Origin: Paramicrosporidium saccamoebae KSL3
Taxonomy: Eukaryota > Fungi > Cryptomycota
Assembly: GCA_002794465.1 (NCBI GenBank)
Contig: MTSL01000142.1
Span: forward strand, 10,093-42,092
Reading direction: 5' to 3'
Length of the DNA stretch: 32,000 bases
The notes under the pieces were generated by a model that saw only the letters and a program-made list of their open reading frames with translations, was not told where the DNA came from and did not search any database. This document shows, one piece after another, positions 1 through 7,665 of the stretch. The translations under genes were made by a program, and so were the position numbers. The stretch's first letter is position 1; each line of letters starts with the position of its first letter.

Positions 1-2
1 CG

Positions 3-554
3 TTTGGTGGACTGGTGAAACAGCAGGGCGACTCGATCGACACCGTTTATGCATTCCCTCCAAAGGATATTGCGTGGCCGTACGACAAGAATCGCTATGG
101 TGTTAGTGAATACAAATTGGAAGAAATCCGACCGCCGCCATTTTGGGTAAAAGATAAGAGTCTTGTAAATTCAGACGGCACCTACAAGAAGATTCCCAAT
201 CTATCCGAAGATGAGCGCTTCCAAAACTGGATGAAGGTGGCGGGATTGCCCACCTTCCGCAAACCCTATGGGAGATGCACTGAAGACATTCCGCCAGGAT
301 TTTACACAGTTCTCATTAGCTCTACATACGAGGTGGAATCGTATGGGGCCAAAAAGGCCTTTGTTATATCCAACACTTCTTGGATTGGAGGAAAGAACAC
401 TTTTCTTGGATACGCGTACATAGTTGCCGGCACCGTCTTCCTTGCCTTGGCTATAGTATTTCTTGCTCGCCATCTGGTCGCACCACGTCGACTCGGGGAT
501 GCTTCATTCCTGTCGTGGAACCAGGAAGCCGCACCCATTACAGCTGTTCAATAA
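3..554 (+). CDS. CDC50: CDC50/LEM3-family P4-ATPase (lipid flippase) beta subunit, 3' part only
   Basis: The frame is open from the window edge. It contains the family motifs IAWPYDK, ERFQNWMKVAGLPTFRKPYG and SWIGGKNTFLGYAYIVAG, followed by the C-terminal TM helix. Confidence 0.95.
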   Translation, partial: FGGLVKQQGDSIDTVYAFPPKDIAWPYDKNRYGVSEYKLEEIRPPPFWVKDKSLVNSDGTYKKIPNLSEDERFQNWMKVAGLPTFRKPYGRCTEDIPPGFYTVLISSTYEVESYGAKKAFVISNTSWIGGKNTFLGYAYIVAGTVFLALAIVFLARHLVAPRRLGDASFLSWNQEAAPITAVQ

Positions 555-683
555 ATTCGATCCCATAGATGTTCACTGATTGGTTAAAACCAAAAGTCCA
601 TTTAAGGAGCGGACTCCCCGGTCTGGTAAAGTCTTACTGAGAATGGTACGTATCCGGGATGGCAACATCCATCCGTCCTCAGG

Positions 684-747
684 ATGATGATATTCGCATT
701 ACGGACTAGAGTTTCTGACTACCCGTGATTAGAAACGCGAATACTGA
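684..747 (+). ncRNA. snR78: Box C/D snoRNA, snR78 homologue (LSU Um2421, yeast numbering)
   Basis: Box C ATGATGA 684-690, guide GGACTAGAGT 703-712, D' CTGA 715-718, C' GTGATT 725-730, D CTGA 744-747. The guide pairs with conserved LSU ACUCUAGU and the +5 nucleotide A710 falls on the first U. ACTAGAGTTTCTGA...GTGATTAG matches yeast snR78 as I recall it. Confidence 0.88.
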
Positions 748-844
748 CGCCGGACGTGCTTGAAACATGTCTTACCTCTAGATTTGTGGTGACACTGTCG
801 TTCTCGCTTCGCTTTGTGAATGATGAATGTAAGTATACTTGCGA

Positions 845-909
845 ATGATGAAATGCCTTACACAAGCTGGAATTACCGGCTGAAATCTGTGATGTGAATG
901 GCCTACTGA
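845..909 (+). ncRNA. snR77: Box C/D snoRNA, snR77 homologue (SSU Um578)
   Basis: Box C 845-851. The 13-nt guide GCTGGAATTACCG (866-878) is the exact complement of the universal SSU sequence CGGUAAUUCCAGC. D' CTGA 880-883, with +5 A875 on the U of GGU. C' GTGATG 889-894, D CTGA 906-909, terminal GCG/CGC stem. Confidence 0.9.
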
Positions 910-974
910 CGCATCTTGGTTGTTGCGATACTAATTCCTAGATGAACAAAATCAAGGTATGGTGTGGTGGTGCT

Positions 975-1041
975 ATGATGAGACGATGACGAGTCGGACT
1001 ATGATGAAGATTTTTTTATTCCATTCATGCCAAATCTCTGA
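975..1041 (+). ncRNA. snR75: Box C/D snoRNA, snR75 homologue (LSU Gm2288)
   Basis: Box C 975-981. Guide GATGACGAG (985-993) is complementary to LSU CUCGUCAUC. D' CGGA 995-998, with +5 C990 on the G. C' ATGATGA 1001-1007. A second element CCATTCATGC (1021-1030) is complementary to nearby LSU GCAUGAAUGG. D CTGA 1038-1041, terminal GTGCT/AGCAC stem. Confidence 0.88.
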
Positions 1042-1111
1042 GCACATTCTGTGGGGCTCTTCTTATCACTAGACGCGTGTGTGACCTGTCAAGATGTGTG
1101 TTGAAGGCCCT

Positions 1112-1161
1112 ATGATGCTGTTACAAGCATATGTCTGTATATTGATGACACTCAACACTGA
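1112..1161 (+). ncRNA. snR74: Box C/D snoRNA, snR74 (vertebrate U27) homologue (SSU Am28)
   Basis: Terminal stem GGCCCT 1106-1111 / AGGGCC 1161-1166. Box C ATGATGC 1112-1118. Guide ACAAGCATATG (1123-1133) is the exact complement of SSU nt 25-35, CAUAUGCUUGU. D' CTGT 1135-1138 puts +5 on A28. C' TGATGA 1143-1148, D CTGA 1158-1161. Confidence 0.88.
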
Positions 1162-1217
1162 GGGCCAAGCAACTGTTGAAATTTGCAGCAATTACAAAGG
1201 TATCGAGTTTTGTCGGG

Positions 1218-1290
1218 ATGATGAGTTCAATTCACGACGGTCTTAATAGTTGTATAACAATGATTAAGAGGCCTGAAGGCATGTCTCTGA
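1218..1290 (+). ncRNA. snR73: Box C/D snoRNA, snR73 (vertebrate U35) homologue (LSU Cm2959)
   Basis: Box C 1218-1224. The 12-nt guide TCACGACGGTCT (1232-1243) is the exact complement of LSU AGACCGUCGUGA. C' ATGATT 1260-1265, D CTGA 1287-1290, GGG/CCC stem. The D' position reads AATA, which is non-canonical. Confidence 0.8.
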
Positions 1291-1553
1291 CCCACGCATT
1301 GTGTCAACAGTTTCTAATCTATAGTAATTGTAGGTGAATTCAAGGAGTTTAATAAAATTGTAATCTCCAACGACTGGTATCAGTCTCTCTAGCTGTATTA
1401 CCACTCCCTATGCAAGTGATAAGGGAGACTGACTACTTGTGGGTGAGGCATAAAGATGCCCACAAATGGCCGGTCAAAAATGAGGATTCTGGCAAGTGAC
1501 ACCAGAAAGTCTCAATGCTACGCAATTCAAATTTCTGGCCAACTCGGACGACT

Positions 1554-2273
1554 TTATTTTTGCAAAAGACTATCAATCTGTTGCAGCCAATCTCGGGTAC
1601 TGTTGCGATTCTGCGCAGTCACCAGTCTTCCATCCACAACTACGTTATTGGCAAACTTTTCAGTCTTCTTAAAGTGGGCACCAACTTCCTCCAGCCGTTT
1701 CTGGATGGAGAATGGCAGCATCTTTTCCAACCGCATATCGTGATCCTCCTCCAAAGTGTTGGCAGTTACCTTTTTGTTCTTGATCCACGGCTCGCCCTGC
1801 TCGTCCCACAATGACAGCAAGGCTGCTGCACCGTGTCCGATTGTGGCCACCATTCCACCGCGTCCCCAAATGTCCTTAACTACCTGTGCCACGCGTCGAC
1901 CGGCAAAATCAAACATTGCTCCGGGACCTCCCACGAAAACAACTGCCTGGAACCGACCCAAATCAAAGGCGCCCATCCGATCAGTGCACTTTGTCCATTG
2001 CATCGCACACGGGTCCGCCAGGAATGCCTGCACTTCCTCCTCGTGCTCCGAGGCTTTAAGGGAAGAGGGATCGATAGTGCATTCCCCACCTGACGGGCTT
2101 GCCAAGTTCACTTCGAGACCCAATGTCTTTTGGAAGTACTGATAGGCAAGGGCGGCCTCTTTGACGTCATAGCCAGTGCGACGGGATTCGTTACTGGTAG
2201 GGTCGCCGGCGGGTTGCAGCTCTTTCGTGTTTGTCAGAACAATCAATACAGCCTTTCCATGATCAACCGTCAT
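1554..2273 (-). CDS. Hsp31/DJ-1/PfpI-superfamily (class I glutamine amidotransferase-like) protein, paralogue A; nucleophile Cys replaced by Gly
   Basis: Motifs TGYDVKE, LASPSGG..IDPSS, VFVGGPGAMFD, ATIGHG and VVVDGRLVTAQN. First ATG at 2273 (the ORF track start is TTG). No intron needed. Confidence 0.9.
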   Translation of the reverse strand: MTVDHGKAVLIVLTNTKELQPAGDPTSNESRRTGYDVKEAALAYQYFQKTLGLEVNLASPSGGECTIDPSSLKASEHEEEVQAFLADPCAMQWTKCTDRMGAFDLGRFQAVVFVGGPGAMFDFAGRRVAQVVKDIWGRGGMVATIGHGAAALLSLWDEQGEPWIKNKKVTANTLEEDHDMRLEKMLPFSIQKRLEEVGAHFKKTEKFANNVVVDGRLVTAQNRNSTRDWLQQIDSLLQK

Positions 2274-2399
2274 TGCCACAGTCAACAATGGCCGTAATTG
2301 TGGTCGTGGATCTGCCCTCTTATGGGATTCTCAAAGTCTATCATGTTTATTAAAAAACTGATCGATCCCCCTTGGTAAAAGTCTTTTAGATTAAATCGA

Positions 2400-3526
2400 A
2401 TGACTGAGGTTGTCTGTACTGCTCCTGGAAAAGTAATCTTATTTGGTGAACATTCAATACTCTACGGCAGTGTATCAATATTACAGCAACATTGATATTT
2501 CGGTAGAAAGCCATTGCCTGTGCAATAGACTTGAAGACTACTGTCAAAGTGTCGTCTCTTGGGAAATTGCGGAATGCAGAGATTCATTTACTTGACCTGA
2601 CTGCTGACCCAGTTATACTATCTTTTGACGCTGCCGAGCCAAACCACGAAAAATATGAGAATGACATGGTCAAGTCGTCTTGTCTGTCCATCCTCCATCT
2701 GATTCATGCTATCAACATAAGGTAGAAATTGCATCCCAGCGGTCATTTCAGATGTGGCATAAAGATTATTGTCTCCTCTGAAATACCTATCGGTTCTGGA
2801 CTTGGTTCGTCTGCCGCATTCAGCGTGGCACTCTCCACCGCCCTCCTTACTCACCACCACGGCGACATTGTCGATCAGAGTAAAGTCACCCTGTTGGCGA
2901 GGGAGGCGGAGCAGTTTTTCCATGGTAGGCCTTCTGGCCTGGATACAAGCACCGTGGAGAATGGTGGTATGACAGTAGCCGAGTCGGGTGTATTTCGAAA
3001 GATTCATGGCCATGACTTGGACTTTAATATTCTGATCATAAATACCGCACTCCCAAGGGATACCAAATATATGGTCAACAAGGTGGCCAAATCGCTTCAG
3101 GTCGCACAGTTTGCAATTATAATGATTTAGAATTGCACCAACACTTCGGACGCAATGAAGAATTTGACGTCTGTGGCAAATAGTGGAGTAGATTGTATTC
3201 TCAACCACGACTATCATAGTCTTCCCCCGCTCATAGAGGCAAGTCCATGCGCAAGACTCATCCCTTAGGCTGCTCAGAAATTTCTTGGCAAAATTGGAGC
3301 CTCAAACTCGGATATAGACGAGTTATGCGGGACGCTCAATAACAAGTTTGATCTTTGTTGCAAAATATCTGGGGCTGGAGGGGGTGGGTGTTTGATATCT
3401 GTGGCCATCCCTAAAAGTCTCACAGTGAACGAGATTCGACAGGAGACTGTCAAAATACGTTCCAATTCTTCAGTCTATATATTAGAGCCCACTCCTGTTG
3501 GTGTTTCTATCACAATAACTAAATAA
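2400..3526 (+). CDS. ERG12: Mevalonate kinase (5 exons)
   Basis: GHMP motifs APGKVILFGEHS, EIPIGSGLGSSAA, HGRPSGLD and KISGAGGGGC join in frame across introns of 35 (2472-2506), 30, 30 and 30 nt. The last is a GC-AG intron at 3239-3268. Confidence 0.93.
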
Positions 3527-3562
3527 AACAAAAAGTGCGACTTCTGTGGATTGAACACAGGG

Positions 3563-3601
<39 letters not shown>

Positions 3602-3649
3602 AAGTCGCAACTGACAATGTAAAATTGTAATGTTGATATAAATTATTTT

Positions 3650-4996
3650 TTATAGCAACGCAGTTCCATTGACAAATACCGTGCGTATCCATCTGTCGTC
3701 ACCCAAGAATACAAATCGATGTAGGGATTGTTCAAGAGTTTCGTGCTGATGACGTATGGATGGACAATTGGTCATATCGACCAATAGGGCGTCAAAGAAG
3801 TTGCCCTCTTCAAAGCTGCCCACATCTATACTCAAGGCTTCTGCTCCGCCCCGAGTTGCCAAAAAGAAGGCCTCACTTACTGTGAGCGGCTTACTCTTTT
3901 GATCGCTAAAGTGCAGCGTCTTGGATGCAATGATGGCTTGACGCATGGCGTCCAAGATGGAGAGACCATATCCACCGGATACGTCACTGCCCAGTCCCAC
4001 AGGGATACCTGCGGCGGCCAACGCTCTGAGATCTGCAACACCACTGTTCAGAGCAAAGTTGGACGTGGGACAGTGTGAGACGGCGGTTCCGCTGTTTGAA
4101 AGAAGCGCGCGTTGAGCTTCATTCAAGTGTACACAATGGGCGAGGAATGTTTTTCTTGTTAACAATCCGACAGAAGAGTAGATGGAGGCATAGTTGTGGC
4201 ACTCGGGGAATAACTCTTTGGAAAACTGAATCTCGTCAAGGTTTTCCGACATGTGTGTTTGGATGTGCACGTCTGTCGAGATGGCAATTTCAGCCAACTT
4301 TTCCATAGAATCACGTGAACAAGTCAGTGCAAAGCGCGGCGTCACTACAGGCAGAACTCGGCCCGGGATCTCAAGAGATGCGTCGCACTTTTTCACGTAT
4401 TCGACAAATTCACGAGTAGCCTGGACAGAGTCTGCAGTGCTCTCCACATAGTCTGACGGGGAGTTGCAATCCATGCAGGTTTTTCCTATGAGTGCACGTT
4501 GTCCCAGCTGGACGACCTGCTGCACCAACACTCGATTTGCTTCAGCATGCAACCCACCAAAATAACAGCATGTGGTTGTTCCGTATCGTAGATAGTGTCG
4601 CACCATGTGTCCATAAATGTGTGCGACACGGGCATTGTGTTCCGAGGGCGACTCGTGGGGCTGACGGGCGTAGGAGCGTTCTTCAGGAAAGGTCACCTTT
4701 TGCAGCCATTCAAGGAGAGTGTAATCGAGTCCTAGGCCGAGGTTCCGATATTGCGGCGCATGAGTATGCATATCAATGAATCCTGGTGTCAGGAACTGTT
4801 CGGGAGACAATTTTACCAGCTTGTGGTCAGTGGAAAGTGTAGTGATGGCAGTCTGAAGGGCCTCGGCGGATTCAAATTGCTGAACGCTGTTTATTCTCCC
4901 CGTCTGGTCATCAACACTAACCATTCCATGGTTGATAAAGTCCACTTTGGAAAATGACTTTGGATTGATAAAGGCTCCCACATAGACTGTAATCAT
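3650..4996 (-). CDS. GUD1: Guanine deaminase (amidohydrolase superfamily)
   Basis: PGFIDMHTHAPQY, VTPRFA, HIQTHMSEN, AHCVHL, HCPTSNFAL and GLGSDVSGG metal-binding motifs; intronless 448 aa. Confidence 0.93.
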   Translation of the reverse strand: MITVYVGAFINPKSFSKVDFINHGMVSVDDQTGRINSVQQFESAEALQTAITTLSTDHKLVKLSPEQFLTPGFIDMHTHAPQYRNLGLGLDYTLLEWLQKVTFPEERSYARQPHESPSEHNARVAHIYGHMVRHYLRYGTTTCCYFGGLHAEANRVLVQQVVQLGQRALIGKTCMDCNSPSDYVESTADSVQATREFVEYVKKCDASLEIPGRVLPVVTPRFALTCSRDSMEKLAEIAISTDVHIQTHMSENLDEIQFSKELFPECHNYASIYSSVGLLTRKTFLAHCVHLNEAQRALLSNSGTAVSHCPTSNFALNSGVADLRALAAAGIPVGLGSDVSGGYGLSILDAMRQAIIASKTLHFSDQKSKPLTVSEAFFLATRGGAEALSIDVGSFEEGNFFDALLVDMTNCPSIRHQHETLEQSLHRFVFLGDDRWIRTVFVNGTALL

Positions 4997-5140
4997 TCCA
5001 ATATTCTGACTGCTCTATCGCTGATATCCCGGTTATCGGGCCCAATGCTCCTAAATCCGGCTCGAATAATCACATCCGGTTTTAAATCATAACTCTCGGG
5101 TTAAAATCATAATAGCTGGCTTATAAGACCCCCTTTTAAT

Positions 5141-5196
5141 GCCTGACTTGTAACACCCGACTTGTAGTGCCCGACTTTTAATAGCCGACTTGTAAT
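5141..5196. repeat. 14-bp tandem repeat, 4 copies (core CCGACTTGTA), in the GUD1/DTD1 divergent intergenic region
   Basis: GACTT(G/T)T recurs at 5145, 5159, 5173 and 5187. Confidence 0.85.
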
Positions 5197-5231
5197 CATA
5201 ATACTTTGCTATTTACATTAAATCCCTGGCC

Positions 5232-5715
5232 ATGCGGATCGTCCTGCAACGTGTCTCTCGTGCTTCCGTCACCGGTACCCCCCCAGTTGTCCTCTTATTT
5301 TTCAGTCAATGAACAGGTGGTTGGATCCATACAAAAGGGCGTTTGTTTGCTGATAGGAATACATCGTCAAGACACTCTCGAAGATGCCTCCATACTGGTC
5401 AAAAAGATTCTCAAACTGCGTCTCTGGCCTACAGACCGGCAATGGCAAGCCAACTTGAGCGAAATTGACGGTTCAGTCCTGGCAGTGTCCCAGTTTACGC
5501 TGTATGCCATCACAGACAAGGGAGCCAAGCCGAATTTCTACGATGCGATGGGGACAGAGGAGGCACGCACAATGTTTAACCAGATAGTCCAGATGCTCAG
5601 AGAGAGTCTTCCGGGAAGGGTGGAGACGGGCGCGTTTGGCGAGCTAATGAACGTAGACATTTGCAACGACGGACCCGTCACCTTGGTCCTAGAATCCAGA
5701 TGTAACGCTCAGTGA
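5232..5715 (+). CDS. DTD1: D-aminoacyl-tRNA deacylase (2 exons)
   Basis: MRIVLQRVSRASVT + 31-nt intron (5275-5305) + VNEQVVGSI. SQFTL and NDGPVT (Gly-cisPro) motifs present. Confidence 0.95.
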
Positions 5716-5752
5716 GAGAATTAATAATAATAAATGATCATATCCCCAACCT

Positions 5753-5817
5753 CAAGTCCCAATGGCAAGCTCCAATGGCAAGTTCCAGTGACAAGCTCCG
5801 GTGGCAAGTTCCAATGG
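5753..5817. repeat. 13-bp tandem repeat, 5 copies (CAAGYTCCARTGG), between convergent DTD1 and DJ-1 paralogue B
   Basis: Units begin at 5753, 5766, 5779, 5792 and 5805. Confidence 0.9.
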
Positions 5818-5863
5818 CAATGGGCATTTATTGAAGCAAGTCTTTTACGTCGATTCGTGGCGG

Positions 5864-6742
5864 TTAGCGACGGATCTGTTCGATAATCTTGCTGACAAAC
5901 TCGTGGATAGAGGGCGCATTCTGGGCCGTGATTAAACGCTCGTCAATGACAACATTGGTCTCGAACGGCTTCTTGATCTCAGTCTTGGCACCACGCTCCT
6001 TCACACGCTCTTCTAGATAGAAAGGCAGATACTTTTCATAGCCCGTCTGTCGCTCCTCCTCCTTGGAGAAGCAGGTGATCCGCTTACCCTTAATCAACCA
6101 ATCGCCACGTCGCTCCATGCGCACATTGAGCAGGCCAGCAACTCCATGCCCAATGGCTGCCACAACACCATTGCGCTTGTAAATCTCGGCAATGGTACAG
6201 GCAACATCGTCATGTTCTGGAAGATCAAACATGGCTCCATGACCACCGGGGAGGATGACCATCTTGAACTCTTCAGGCTTCACCCAACTGATGGGAACAG
6301 TATGGCCCATCTTGGCGATAAAGTCGCGCTCATCTCGCAGATTATCACGGAGCTTAGAGTCCTTCTCAATACGTTCCATGGAGAGCGGATCGGCAGCAAC
6401 GGGTCCACCACGAGGGGTAGCAAAGACAAGCTCCATGTTGTACTGCTTCTTCAGTGTCATCCAAATGTAGCCCAACTCAAAGACATCCACACCAGTAGGC
6501 TGATGGCTGGCACCAAAGGTCGTCTCAGTGCCCTGGATGGCAGAGTAGTTGGTGGGCGGATCCATAATGGTGGGCTGCGAGGGCAGCCACGCAGAGGGAG
6601 ATCCAGGCACAACGGGTCCGTTTTCGTTGTTCATAGAGGTCGTTCCATCCTGGGAAAGACGACGTCCGCCACGGCCCGACTTGGGCAAATAGGCCTCGTT
6701 GGTGAGGATAATTAGGGCCTTCTTGTTTGCTAGGTTTTCCAT
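5864..6742 (-). CDS. Hsp31/DJ-1-family protein, paralogue B; Cys replaced by Gly; long low-complexity N-terminal insertion
   Basis: TGVDVFE, FATPRGGPVAADP, ILPGGHGAMFDL, AAIGHG and VVIDERLITAQN. First ATG at 6742. Confidence 0.9.
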   Translation of the reverse strand: MENLANKKALIILTNEAYLPKSGRGGRRLSQDGTTSMNNENGPVVPGSPSAWLPSQPTIMDPPTNYSAIQGTETTFGASHQPTGVDVFELGYIWMTLKKQYNMELVFATPRGGPVAADPLSMERIEKDSKLRDNLRDERDFIAKMGHTVPISWVKPEEFKMVILPGGHGAMFDLPEHDDVACTIAEIYKRNGVVAAIGHGVAGLLNVRMERRGDWLIKGKRITCFSKEEERQTGYEKYLPFYLEERVKERGAKTEIKKPFETNVVIDERLITAQNAPSIHEFVSKIIEQIRR

Positions 6743-6939
6743 TTGGTATCTGGATGGCTCAGCCAAGCACGTCCCTTTATATGCCTCGACTCATATACAA
6801 TCACTGCATTTATCACACTGATTTCAATGTACACTGATAAATTGCCGTGGAGTATAAAAGGCGTCTTGTTCAGACCCTCCCGTACCCGAGCCAAGCTCGA
6901 TAATTCACCACGAACTACCTAAAAAGCTTTGTCGACAAA

Positions 6940-7665
6940 ATGTCCCACTCCCACAGCCACGTTCTCGTCGTCCTCACCAACACCCGTGACCTGCCCTCCA
7001 CCGGTCGTGATACTGAAGATGCCAACCCCCGCACCGGTTTTGATGTCAAGGAAGTCGCTTATCTTTACGAGTGTCTGACCAAGGAGCACAAGATTGAGCT
7101 CATCTTTGCCTCCCCCAAGGGTGGTGAGGCCTACATTGATCCCTGCAGCATGGATGCCAGTCGCAATGACGAGATTGTCGCAAAGTTCATGAAGGATCAG
7201 GACGCCATGCAGAAGATCAAGAACACCAAGAAGCTCCGTGATGTCCGCAGTCAAAAGTTCCTGGGTGCCGTCTTCCCCGGCGGTGCTGGTGTGTTGATCG
7301 ACTTGCCCAACGAGTCCATGGTCAACGACATTGTCCAGGAAATCTATCCCCGTCACGAGGGATTCATTGCTGCCATTGGTCACGGTCTTGCCGCCCTGTT
7401 GAACGTCAAGAGCGAAAAGGGCGACTTGTGGCTCCGGGGCAAGCGCGTCACCTGTCAGACATTAGAAGAAGAGAAGGAGCTGAAGCTGGAGCGTGCCCTC
7501 CCCTTCATGATCGAGGACAAGCTCAAGCAGATTGGTGCCAAATTTGAAAAGGCCACCAAATTCCAACCTTACGTCGTTGAGGATGAGCGTCTCATCACTG
7601 CCCAGAACAACTACTCGGTCAAGGAGTGGGTTACTGCAATTAAGCGCCATTGTCGTATGAACTAA
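6940..7665 (+). CDS. Hsp31/DJ-1-family protein, paralogue C; Cys replaced by Gly
   Basis: TGFDVKE, FASPKGGEAYIDP, VFPGGAGVLIDL, AAIGHG and VVEDERLITAQN. Divergent from paralogue B across 197 bp. Confidence 0.9.
   Translation: MSHSHSHVLVVLTNTRDLPSTGRDTEDANPRTGFDVKEVAYLYECLTKEHKIELIFASPKGGEAYIDPCSMDASRNDEIVAKFMKDQDAMQKIKNTKKLRDVRSQKFLGAVFPGGAGVLIDLPNESMVNDIVQEIYPRHEGFIAAIGHGLAALLNVKSEKGDLWLRGKRVTCQTLEEEKELKLERALPFMIEDKLKQIGAKFEKATKFQPYVVEDERLITAQNNYSVKEWVTAIKRHCRMN

Larger units (their letters stand above)
646..1356 (+). ncRNA. Non-coding spliced snoRNA host transcript (transcript ends approximate)
   Basis: No ORF. Donors: GTACGT 646, GTAAGT 829, GTATGG 957, possible GTGTGT 1077, GTATCG 1200. 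Acceptors: TAG 781, TAG 941 (branch TACTAAT 929-935), TAG 1072, CAG 1188, TAG about 1324 (branch TCTAAT 1313). AATAAA at 1351-1356. Each predicted intron holds one C/D snoRNA. Confidence 0.75.

Noticed and set aside
820-826. Extra ATGATGA box C upstream of snR77
   Set aside because: It lies in the predicted exon before the GTAAGT donor. The 845 box has the terminal stem and normal spacing.
1554-7665. RNA editing, selenocysteine or sequencing error as the cause of the missing DJ-1 Cys
   Set aside because: Three different Gly codons (GGA, GGG, GGT) occur in three diverged paralogues, with no in-frame TGA. The substitution is ancestral and genomic.
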